Source of the DNA: Gammaproteobacteria bacterium
GTDB lineage: Bacteria > Pseudomonadota > Gammaproteobacteria > Steroidobacterales > PWYM01
Assembly (NCBI GenBank): GCA_003567475.1
Contig: PWZL01000102.1
Location: forward strand, 3,132 to 67,131
DNA length: 64,000 nucleotides
Direction of reading: 5' to 3'
A program made the position numbers and the translations under genes. Below are positions 39,253-47,355 of the stretch, piece by piece. Under the pieces are notes generated by a model. It made no database searches. It was given only the letters and a program-made list of their open reading frames with translations, and had not been told where the DNA came from. Numbering within the stretch: the first letter of the stretch is position 1; the number at the start of each line of letters is the position of its first letter.

Positions 39253-39586
39253 AAAAATCCGCGCGCGGCCGACCCTCCGGGTCGTAGACCGGCTCGGCGT
39301 GGTCAATGCGGTATTTCTGTGTCACGGCCGAAACGATCCCGGCCCCGTGCAGGTGCGCCAGCATCTGCTGGTAGGGCTCAGCCGTGAAGTGATAGGCGAG
39401 ATCGGCCTCCGAGGCCCACTCCTCGAACACGTGAATCCGCCCGGGCTCACTGAGATCCGCCGTCCAGGCATACGCCATACAGCCCGGTTCGGCACGGGCC
39501 GCCTCGATCAGCGGCCGAGCCTCCAGCAGGGTCTGCTCACGCGCCTCGGGGGCGACATCGACGGTGCCGGCAATGATGATGGCCAT
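39242..39586 (-). CDS. Antibiotic-biosynthesis-monooxygenase (ABM/Dabb) domain protein
   Basis: MAIIIAGTVDVAPEAREQTLLEARPLIEAARAEPGCMAYAW...IHVFEEWASEADLAYHF, the typical ABM pattern. Confidence 0.65.
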   Translation of the reverse strand: MAIIIAGTVDVAPEAREQTLLEARPLIEAARAEPGCMAYAWTADLSEPGRIHVFEEWASEADLAYHFTAEPYQQMLAHLHGAGIVSAVTQKYRIDHAEPVYDPEGRPRADFFSA

Positions 39587-39597
39587 CCTTCTCTCCC

Positions 39598-39984
39598 CTA
39601 GAGTTCCTGGATGATGCGATAGCTTCGCCGGGCGATCTTCCAACCCTCGGCGGTGCGACGATACTCGTCGTCATAGCGTCCGAACAGCTCGCGGCGGCGA
39701 CCGTCGGTATCGACCAGCGTCTCGCGCACCCAGACCCGTGCGGAGGCGGCGTCGCCCACGACCTCGATCGGGCCGGGCTGGCACATGAAGCCGACGAACG
39801 CGAAGCCGGCCATGGCCTGCTGCCAGGCGGCGACAATGGCCGTACGCCCCTCGATCAGGGTCCCCATCAGGTCCCAGCGGGCGTCCTCATGCCAATTGGC
39901 CTGCCAAGCCTCCGCATCACGCCGGAAGACGGCATCCGCGTAGGCCTCGATGAGTGCGCGGATGGCGCGGGAATCGCTGTTCAT
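39598..39984 (-). CDS. NTF2-like / SnoaL-like protein
   Basis: IRALIEAYADAVFRRDAEAWQANWHEDARWDL... and C-terminal YRRTAEGWKIARR, typical of the SnoaL_4/NTF2 fold. Confidence 0.65.
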   Translation of the reverse strand: MNSDSRAIRALIEAYADAVFRRDAEAWQANWHEDARWDLMGTLIEGRTAIVAAWQQAMAGFAFVGFMCQPGPIEVVGDAASARVWVRETLVDTDGRRRELFGRYDDEYRRTAEGWKIARRSYRIIQEL

Positions 39985-40346
39985 GGCGATACTTTACCTC
40001 CAAAAGGTCGCCAACGGGCGGATGCTGCGCCGGTCGCCAAGCCTGTCGCCGTGCGCACCGCGTCGGAACCCAGGCACCCCGGCGACGGTGCCGGCCCGCC
40101 GACCCTGCCAGGCCACGGTAAGTTCGTTACCGCACCGAATCCGTCCGTTCCTGCGTGCGAGCTTCGAGCCTGCCGGTTGCACACTTGCCGGTTGGCGGGG
40201 GAGACATCGGCGTCTTAAGGTGGTGGCCAGCAGATGAAGCACCTTGTCGTCATTCATGACTCCGGTCCACCCGCGATCACGCCCGACTTCACGTCGCGCC
40301 GCCAGCCAGACGAGCCTCATCACAGCGTCCTGTTGCGAGGACGCCC

Positions 40347-40934
40347 ATGAACAAAATCGTCGAAAGCGTTCACACCCGCCATCTGAGCCTGTTGACACTG
40401 ATTCGTGAAGATCATGTTCGGCACCACTGCGACTGGACCCGCCCCGGTTTCCGCGCCCTGGCGGTGTATCGGTTTGGCGTCTGGCGTATGCGGATCAGGA
40501 GCAGGGCATTGCGCGCCCCGCTGAGTTTCCTGTATCGCCGACTGTTCATCCGGATACGGAACCGCTATGGCATCGAAGTCCCGTTCTCTGCGCAGCTGGG
40601 TCGCAGGGTCACCCTTGAACACTCTCACTCCATCGTGATCCATGGCAACAGCGTCATCGGTAACGATTGCTACATCCGCCAGGGATGCACGCTGGGAAAC
40701 AAGTCGCTCGACGCACCGTTCGACGCACCGATTGTCGGTGATCGAGTCAATCTGGGGGCCGGGGCAAAACTTCTTGGGAAGGTGATCGTCGGAGACGATG
40801 CGACGATCGGTGCCAACGCGGTAGTGGTTAAGCACGTGCCTGCGGGTGCGGTGGCCATCGGAATTCCCGCGCGCATCCTCAGCAAGGTCGCGCTCGCATC
40901 GGCTGCAACGGACATCCGCCAGTCAATGGCCTGA
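40347..40934 (+). CDS. Serine O-acetyltransferase-like hexapeptide-repeat acyltransferase
   Basis: N-terminal GFRALAVYRFGVW. Left-handed beta-helix repeats IHGNSVIGNDCYIRQGCTLG...VGDRVNLGAGAKLLGKVIVGDDATIGANAVV. Confidence 0.8.
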   Translation: MNKIVESVHTRHLSLLTLIREDHVRHHCDWTRPGFRALAVYRFGVWRMRIRSRALRAPLSFLYRRLFIRIRNRYGIEVPFSAQLGRRVTLEHSHSIVIHGNSVIGNDCYIRQGCTLGNKSLDAPFDAPIVGDRVNLGAGAKLLGKVIVGDDATIGANAVVVKHVPAGAVAIGIPARILSKVALASAATDIRQSMA

Positions 40935-41013
40935 ACAGCGGATGCGGGAGACGCTCCTGCGTCCTGTCCGCGCCTGGGGCGACGGCCTTGCGACGCCACT
41001 GACGCCGCGGCAC

Positions 41014-41904
41014 TCAGCTGCGAATGCCCCGGCCCTTGGTCAGCAGCCACATGTTCGCCAGAAACAGCGCGACGAGCAGGCCCAGGATGAGTGCGTAAGC
41101 CACCCCGATGGGAATGTCCGACACCCCCAGTACGCCGTAGCGGAACGCGTTGACCATGTACAGGATCGGGTTGGCCATCGCTGCAGCCTGCCAGGGGGGT
41201 GCCAACAGGGAGATCGAGAAGAACACCCCGCCCAGGTAAGTCAGCGGCGTGAGTACGAAGGTCGGCACGATGGAGATGTCGTCGAAGGTCTTGGCGAAGA
41301 TCGCGTTGAGCAGGCCGGCCAGCGAGAACACCGCGGCCACCAGCACCACCACGGAGAGCGTGATCAGCGGATGCTCGACGCTGATACGCGTAAACAGCAA
41401 CGCCACCACCGTCACCAGCACGCCGACGGCCAGCCCGCGGAAAATCCCGCCAATCATGTAGCCGACCACGATGGTCGCTGTGGACAACGGCGAGACCAGC
41501 AGTTCCTCGAGATACAGCTGCAGCTTGGCACTGAAGAACGACGAGACCACGTTCGAGAACGAATTGGTGATCACCGCCATCATGATCAGGCCCGGCGCGA
41601 TATAGGTGATGTAGGGCAGGCCGTCCATCTCGCCGATGCGCCGGCCGATCAGGCTGCCGAAAATCACGAAATACAGCGTCATGGTGATCGCTGGCGGCAC
41701 GATGGTCTGCACCCAGATGCGCGTCACGCGCCGGATCTCCCGGCGCATGATGGTCCGCAGGCCGACCAGGTTGACCGCCAGCAGACTCTGCATCGGTGCC
41801 GGCCCGGTCACGCACCCGAACTCGTCGGTCCGCGCGGACTGCTGCGCGGCCTCGATCTCCGACTGCGGCGCGTCGCTGTCGAGCTCTCCGCGGCCGACCG
41901 TCAT
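41014..41904 (-). CDS. ABC-2 transporter permease (YadH-like)
   Basis: LRTIMRREIRRVTRIWVQTIVPP and six helices. The ATG at 41904 is ATGA-coupled to the ATPase stop. Alternative start at 41793. Confidence 0.8.
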   Translation of the reverse strand: MTVGRGELDSDAPQSEIEAAQQSARTDEFGCVTGPAPMQSLLAVNLVGLRTIMRREIRRVTRIWVQTIVPPAITMTLYFVIFGSLIGRRIGEMDGLPYITYIAPGLIMMAVITNSFSNVVSSFFSAKLQLYLEELLVSPLSTATIVVGYMIGGIFRGLAVGVLVTVVALLFTRISVEHPLITLSVVVLVAAVFSLAGLLNAIFAKTFDDISIVPTFVLTPLTYLGGVFFSISLLAPPWQAAAMANPILYMVNAFRYGVLGVSDIPIGVAYALILGLLVALFLANMWLLTKGRGIRS

Positions 41905-42833
41905 GGACGGGTCTCAGAGGCGCCAGCGCGCTCGGTCAGGCGCAGGAAGAGCTCTTCCAGACGATTCGCCTTGTTACGTATGCTGTGGACGATCATGCCT
42001 TGCTCGCTCAGCAGGGCGAACAGCCGGTTGACGTTCTGCTCGCGCGAGACTTCGACCTCAATCTCATGTTCGTTACGCAGCCGCACCGGGTAGCCGTCCA
42101 GCACCGGCGCGGCCTCGACCGTCTGTTCGAGTGACAGGATAAAGGTCTCGTACTGCAGCTTGCGCAGGACGCGGGACATGCGATCGTGTTCCACGATAGT
42201 GCCGTGGTCGATGATGGCCACGTTCCGACAGAGGCTCTCGGCCTCTTCGAGATAGTGGGTGGTCAGGATGATGGTCACCCCGGCATCGTTGATCGCCCGC
42301 ATGAACTCCCACATGGAGCGGCGGATCTCGATGTCCACCCCCGCGGTGGGCTCATCGAGAATCAGCAGCCGCGGCTCATGCATCAGGGCCCGGGCGATCA
42401 TCAGCCGTCGCTTCATGCCCCCGGACAGGTTCCTGGCGATGTCATGGCGACGGTCCCAGAGATGCAGCGCCTTGAGATATCTCTCAGCCCGCTGGCGCGC
42501 AAGCCGGGGCCGCACCCCGTAATACCCCGCCTGGTGAATGACGATGTCGATCAGCTTCTCGAACATCGCCAGATTGACTTCCTGCGGCACCACGCCGATA
42601 CAGGCCTTGGCGGCCTCGCGCTGGCGATCCATGTCGCGATCGAACACGACCACCCTGCCGGCGGTCTTGTTGACCAGCGAGGTGATGATGCCAATGGTGG
42701 TGGTCTTGCCTGCGCCATTGGGACCGAGCAGCGCGAAGAAGTCCCCCTCCTCGACGACCAGATCGATGCCGCGCAGGGCCTGCACGCCATTCGGGTAGGT
42801 CTTGCGCAGGTGTTCTAGTCGCAATGCGTCCAT
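41901..42833 (-). CDS. ABC transporter ATP-binding protein (YadG-like)
   Basis: Walker A GPNGAGKTT, signature LSGGMKRR, Walker B LLILDEPTAG. Start at the internal Met (42833). Confidence 0.9.
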   Translation of the reverse strand: MDALRLEHLRKTYPNGVQALRGIDLVVEEGDFFALLGPNGAGKTTTIGIITSLVNKTAGRVVVFDRDMDRQREAAKACIGVVPQEVNLAMFEKLIDIVIHQAGYYGVRPRLARQRAERYLKALHLWDRRHDIARNLSGGMKRRLMIARALMHEPRLLILDEPTAGVDIEIRRSMWEFMRAINDAGVTIILTTHYLEEAESLCRNVAIIDHGTIVEHDRMSRVLRKLQYETFILSLEQTVEAAPVLDGYPVRLRNEHEIEVEVSREQNVNRLFALLSEQGMIVHSIRNKANRLEELFLRLTERAGASETRP

Positions 42834-42940
42834 GGCTGCCGGGGATATCCTGAAATGGCCTCGCGCAGGCGACTTCCGCCACCGCAAGCGGCGGGCCGGC
42901 GCCGCTGCACGACCAGGCAGGCATTGTAACGCTGCGGACC

Positions 42941-43528
42941 TCAGACATGCTGTTCGGCACTCGCGAGGTACACGGCGGTGCAGAGGGTCAGCCGTAAACC
43001 CTCCCGGTCTCCGCTGGCGGCGCAGTCCGCGATCCGCTCCCAGAACAGGCCGCGACGGAGAAAGCGCAGGCGCAGGGCCTCGGCGGCGGGTACCGCCAGC
43101 GCCGGCAGCGCGGAAAGCGGCAACTCGGCCAGCCAGGCCAGTTCCCGCGGCGTGAGCCCGAAGCCGAGACGCGCCCAGTCCGGCGCCGTGCGCAGCATAT
43201 GCCAGGCGGTGAGCAGTGCACTGACCGTGAAGGCCATCCGCGCATCCTGAGTTTCCACCGCCAGCCAGGCGTCCGCAGCCGCCCGATCACCGACGCCACC
43301 AGGCTCCAGGCGAAGCCGGAACAGCGCGACCGGTGCATTTGCCAGCTGCTCCCGCGCGCAGGGACCCAGCGCTTTCAGGGCGCGGCCTGGAGCGCCCTCC
43401 AGACCAATCCGACGGAACGCCGGCCGGGCATCCCCGGACTGCGCCAACGGACCGATGATCCGCAGGAAAAGCCGGTTGAGCTCGGCGAACTGAACCATGG
43501 GTGACGGGTCCGACAGGGTCCCTCGCAT
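42941..43528 (-). CDS. Hypothetical protein with two tandem FlhD-like segments (tentative)
   Basis: AGGAGG Shine-Dalgarno sequence 5 nt before the ATG at 43528. Segment 1 is FAELNRLFLRII..AFRRIGLEGAPGRALKALGPCAREQLANAPVALFRLRL. Segment 2 is WARLGFGLTPRELAWLAELPLSALPALAVPAAEALRLRF. Both resemble E. coli FlhD [37 protein letters not shown] by eye. Confidence 0.5.
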   Translation of the reverse strand: MRGTLSDPSPMVQFAELNRLFLRIIGPLAQSGDARPAFRRIGLEGAPGRALKALGPCAREQLANAPVALFRLRLEPGGVGDRAAADAWLAVETQDARMAFTVSALLTAWHMLRTAPDWARLGFGLTPRELAWLAELPLSALPALAVPAAEALRLRFLRRGLFWERIADCAASGDREGLRLTLCTAVYLASAEQHV

Positions 43529-43661
43529 AACGCCTCCTGTCCGTATAGCGGTCGTTTTTTTGACCTTATCCGGCAAATATGGTTATTTTTTTTCATCCAG
43601 GGGGTCTAGTAGAGTATCTATGCTTTTTGGCTATAAGTAGAAGCGCGAGCGGGGAGGGCCC
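43529..43661. promoter_or_regulatory. AT-rich divergent control region
   Basis: GTCGTTTTTTTGACC, GGTTATTTTTTTTCATCC and CTATAAGTAG within an otherwise GC-rich window. Lies between two divergent start codons, each with a good Shine-Dalgarno sequence. Confidence 0.45.
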
Positions 43662-44276
43662 ATGCGCAGTACCGACGACCGCTACCGGAGTGACCAGGCA
43701 CGACATGATCTGGCATTGCGCCTGATCGCCCACGAGGCGCGCACGGGCACGATCCGCCAACTTACCGGCCTGTCCGACGATCGCATCCGCCGCCTCTTTG
43801 GCAGCTATTTCAAGCACCAGCCAGGCAATGCCGTGCGCCGACGCCGCGGCCGCACACCCTCACAGGTCTCGATGTTCCTGAAGACGCCCCGCCATCGCCG
43901 CCACGCGGCGTCGCTGGCCGCCGCCTTCGTGGCCGGGGGCTTGTTCGATCCGGAAACGCGCGCGGTCTGTGGCGACTGCAAACTGGATACGGGGGAACGG
44001 CTGTGCCTGGCCTATGAGCGTTATCTCGCGCTGCATGGCGGCAAGGACGGCGCGCTGTTGACCATCGAGTGGGCCTGGGCGCTGCTCGGCAGCCTCCAGG
44101 CGGGGGACGAGCTCGCGCTGGACGTCTGCGAACAGTGCGATGTGCATTATGTGCGTGACCTGCTCAGCATCGAGGCACAGCAGTGCCCGAGCTGCCTGGT
44201 GATGCCGAATGGCCGCTGCCGGAAATCACGGGATCACGCCCACACCGGGCACACCCTCGGCGCGGGCTTCGCCTGA
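43662..44276 (+). CDS. FlhC-family transcriptional regulator-like protein (Cys4 zinc site conserved)
   Basis: Collinear by eye with E. coli FlhC. ARHDLALRLIAHEARTGTIRQLTGLSDDRIRRLF against [42 protein letters not shown] against KAYRLYL. TIEWAWALL against LTRAWTLV. CEQC-x15-CPSC matches the FlhC zinc ligands. GGGGAGGG Shine-Dalgarno sequence. Confidence 0.75.
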   Translation: MRSTDDRYRSDQARHDLALRLIAHEARTGTIRQLTGLSDDRIRRLFGSYFKHQPGNAVRRRRGRTPSQVSMFLKTPRHRRHAASLAAAFVAGGLFDPETRAVCGDCKLDTGERLCLAYERYLALHGGKDGALLTIEWAWALLGSLQAGDELALDVCEQCDVHYVRDLLSIEAQQCPSCLVMPNGRCRKSRDHAHTGHTLGAGFA

Positions 44277-44295
44277 CCCGACCCCGGCTCAGGCG

Positions 44296-44321
44296 CTGCC
44301 AGCAAACGGCGGGCGTTTTTT
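44296..44321 (+). terminator. Possible terminator after the FlhC-like gene
   Basis: Weak stem around GCC..AAACG GCGGG CGTTT, followed by TTTTTT (44316-44321). Confidence 0.25.
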
Positions 44322-44364
44322 GCCATACTGCGGCGCCTGACCTGCGCCCCACCGAGGAGCCGCC

Positions 44365-44865
44365 ATGAGCACCGCTGCCCCCCCCCGTTTCGCCACGGCA
44401 GACCTCTACGACGAGTTTGCCGAAGAACTCGAGGTCGCCGATCCCCTGTTCCGCCACTTCGGCGGCCGTCGCCGGTTCTGCGGACCGATCCGCACGGTCT
44501 CGACCCTCGAGGACAATACCCAGGTGCGCCGCCTGCTGGAGACGCCGGGTGAGGGACATGTGCTGGTCGTGGACGGTGTCGGTTCGCTGCGGGTTGCGCT
44601 GGTTGGCGACCAGCTGGGTCGACTTGCGATCGACAACCACTGGGCCGGCCTGCTGGTGCACGGCTGTGTGCGCGACAGCGCCGCGCTCGCGGAGATGCCC
44701 ATCGGGGTGCTGGCACTGGCCACCAACCCCGCCCGGAGCCGCAAGCAGAATCAAGGCCAGGTCGACGTGCCGCTGCGCTTTGCGGGGGCCAGCTTTGTGC
44801 CCGGCCACTGGCTGTACGCCGACGACGATGGCGTGGTGCTCTGCGAACGCCGGCTCGTCGACTGA
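44365..44865 (+). CDS. rraA: RraA-family protein (RNase E regulator / HMG-CHA aldolase fold)
   Basis: ATADLYDEF, GEGHVLVVDGVGSLRVALVGDQL, GLLVHGCVRDS. Confidence 0.9.
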   Translation: MSTAAPPRFATADLYDEFAEELEVADPLFRHFGGRRRFCGPIRTVSTLEDNTQVRRLLETPGEGHVLVVDGVGSLRVALVGDQLGRLAIDNHWAGLLVHGCVRDSAALAEMPIGVLALATNPARSRKQNQGQVDVPLRFAGASFVPGHWLYADDDGVVLCERRLVD

Positions 44866-45802
44866 GATGGCCTACGGCGCCGAAGTCGCCAACCACTTTG
44901 GTGGACCGTGGCTCGACCGCGCCAGTCGGCTGCGCCAGGACCCTGCCTGGCTGAGCGCCGCGATCGGCGCGCAGGACACCCTGTTCGTGCCCGTGCACGC
45001 CGAACGCTGCCTGATCGCAAGCCTCGAGGCGCCGCGGGCGCGATTCCTGACGCGCGCCCAGCTCACGGAACTCGACCCGGCGATCGACCCGGCAGACGCG
45101 GTGTTCCTGGGCCTGCACGAGGCGCGCGCCGTATTCGCCCTCGCGTTGGCGCGGACTCCTGACCCACTGGACGGCGAATTCGTCGACCTCTGGCAGGTCG
45201 GCCAGCGCCTTGCGCCCGCCGAGGCGGCCATTCTGGCCTATGCCAAGGCGATGGTGGGCTGGCGCAGCCGCCATCGGTACTGCAGCGAAACCGGCGCGCC
45301 GCTGGCCGCGACGACCGGCGGACATGTCCTGGCTGCACCCGACGGTCGCAGACTGTTTCCGCGGGTGGATCCGGCGATCATCGTGCTGGTCAGCGACGGT
45401 GACCGCTGTCTGCTCGGCCGCCAGGCGAAATGGCCACCCGGCCGCTACTCGACCATCGCCGGTTTCGTCGAGCCCGGTGAGAGCCTCGAGGACGCGGTCG
45501 CGCGCGAGGTCGAAGAGGAAACCGACGTGCGCATCCGCGACCCGCGCTATCACAGCTCCCAGCCGTGGCCGTTCCCCTCGTCGCTGATGCTGGGCTTCCA
45601 CGCCGAAGCCGCCACCACGGCGATTCATCTGAACGACGGCGAACTTGCCGATGCACGATGGTTCAGCCGCCAGGACATTGCCGATGGCGACGTCCGACTG
45701 CCGCCGGCACTGTCGATCTCCCGTCGCCTGATCGCCACCTGGTTCGACCGTTGGGACGGGCCATCGCTGACCACGGTGCTGGGCGCGCGCGCAGCCGGGT
45801 AG
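44866..45802 (+). CDS. nudC: NADH pyrophosphatase (Nudix)
   Basis: Nudix box GFVEPGESLEDAVAREVEEETDV and NudC signature SQPWPFPSS. The ATG lies immediately after the rraA stop. Confidence 0.85.
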
Positions 45803-45839
45803 TAAGGTTGATGGGAACCGAGGCATCCCGGGAGACCGC

Positions 45840-47309
45840 GTGTTGAACCAACCGGTGGTCATTCCACTGTGGCTCGCGCTGATCTTCGGCGCAATTGCGC
45901 TGTGGCTGCTGGTGTCCCGGCTGCTGTTGCCGACGGCGCGCTGGTATTTTCGACGCCAGGCCAACCAGCTGATCGACAGCGTCAACCGCAGCCTGAATCT
46001 GCAGATCCCACCCCTGTCGCTGACCCGGCGCCAGGTGCTCATCGACCGGCTGGTCTACGATCCGCGAATTGCCCGCACGGTCGCAGAGCACTGTGAAACC
46101 ACCGGAGAACCCCGGAAGGTGGCGATGGACCGGGTCGAGCGGTACGCCCGCGAGATCGTCCCGGCCTTCAACGCCTACGTGTATTTCCGCTTTGGCGGCT
46201 GGCTGGCGCGAAAACTCGTGCGCGCGCTGTATCGCGTGCGGCTGGGATTTCTGGACGAGCAGGCCATCACCAGCGTCGGGGAGGATGCCAGCCTGGTGCT
46301 CGTCGTCAACCACCGCAGCAACATGGACTACGTGCTGGTCGCCTACCTGGCCATGACCCGTACAGTGCTGTCCTATGCAGTCGGCGAGTGGGCGCGGGTC
46401 TGGCCCCTGCAGCAGATCATCCGTTCCGTCGGCGCCTATTTCGTGCGCCGCGGCTCCGGCAATCCACTGTACCGGCGCGTGCTCGAACGCTATGTGCAGA
46501 TGGCCGTGGAAGGCGGCGTCACGCAGGTGGTCTTCCCGGAGGGTGGCCTGAGTCGAGATGGGGCCCTGCGCGAACCGCGGGTCGGACTCATCGACTACAT
46601 GCTGCGCGATTTCGATCCACGGGGACAACGCGACATCGTCTTCCTGCCGATCGCGATCAATTATGACCGGGTGCTCGAGGATCGCACGCTGATCGGCGAA
46701 CTCCAGCCCGGCGCGCCACGGCGCAGCGGCTGGGCTGCCATTCGCAAGGCGAGCGCTTTCCTGCTCCACAACCTGCGGCTCGGACTGCGCAAACGCTGGT
46801 ATCGCTACGGCTATGCGTGTGCAAACTTCGGCCGGCCGGTCTCGCTGCGCGCCTACCTGGCGGAGCGAGACTGGGACCCTCGCGACTTGCAGGCCCCGGG
46901 CCGGGCGACGCGACTGGTCGAACTCGCCGAGCATCTCATGCGCGAGGTGGGCATGCTGATGCCCGTATTGCCGGTCAGCCTGATTGCCACGCTGTTCGAC
47001 GAACATCCCGACGAAACTTTCAGCGTGGAGGAGATTCGGGCGGCCGCACGGGAGCGCCAGCAGACCCTGATGAGCCGCAACGCCCAAGTCTATCTACCCC
47101 GGCAAAGCGACGACTACGCCATCGATGTGGGCCTGCGGATGCTCCGGCTGCGGCGGATCGTGCTCGAAGACGCGGGCCATTACCATGCCAACCCGGAGGA
47201 GGCGAAACTGATCGCCTACTACGCCAACGCCATCTCGCACCTGCGCGACGCGCAGCCCGAGCCCGAGACGCCCGCGCGCACGGTCGATCAGCATCGCGTC
47301 GCGGGCTGA
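45840..47309 (+). CDS. PlsB/PlsC-superfamily glycerolipid acyltransferase
   Basis: HX4D motif VVNHRSNMDYVL, FPEGGLSRDG motif, N-terminal TM helix. GTG start. Confidence 0.75.
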   Translation: MLNQPVVIPLWLALIFGAIALWLLVSRLLLPTARWYFRRQANQLIDSVNRSLNLQIPPLSLTRRQVLIDRLVYDPRIARTVAEHCETTGEPRKVAMDRVERYAREIVPAFNAYVYFRFGGWLARKLVRALYRVRLGFLDEQAITSVGEDASLVLVVNHRSNMDYVLVAYLAMTRTVLSYAVGEWARVWPLQQIIRSVGAYFVRRGSGNPLYRRVLERYVQMAVEGGVTQVVFPEGGLSRDGALREPRVGLIDYMLRDFDPRGQRDIVFLPIAINYDRVLEDRTLIGELQPGAPRRSGWAAIRKASAFLLHNLRLGLRKRWYRYGYACANFGRPVSLRAYLAERDWDPRDLQAPGRATRLVELAEHLMREVGMLMPVLPVSLIATLFDEHPDETFSVEEIRAAARERQQTLMSRNAQVYLPRQSDDYAIDVGLRMLRLRRIVLEDAGHYHANPEEAKLIAYYANAISHLRDAQPEPETPARTVDQHRVAG

Positions 47310-47355
47310 AGGCAGGCCAGCCCGGTCGGCGTTCCGAGGCCCCTATAATGGGCGC

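Noticed and set aside
42941-44276. The FlhC/FlhD-like pair as SetCD/AcaCD activators marking an integrative conjugative element
   Set aside because: No integrase, relaxase, T4SS or attachment-site-like repeats occur within the window. The coding GC of the pair looks the same as that of neighbouring housekeeping genes. This cannot be fully excluded without the whole genome.
44234-47087. Very long minus-strand ORFs (44234..46042, 602 aa; 45663..47087, 474 aa)
   Set aside because: They are antisense to rraA, nudC and the acyltransferase, all of which carry recognisable motifs. The minus-frame translations are Arg/Pro/Gly-rich and low in complexity, typical of high-GC shadow ORFs.
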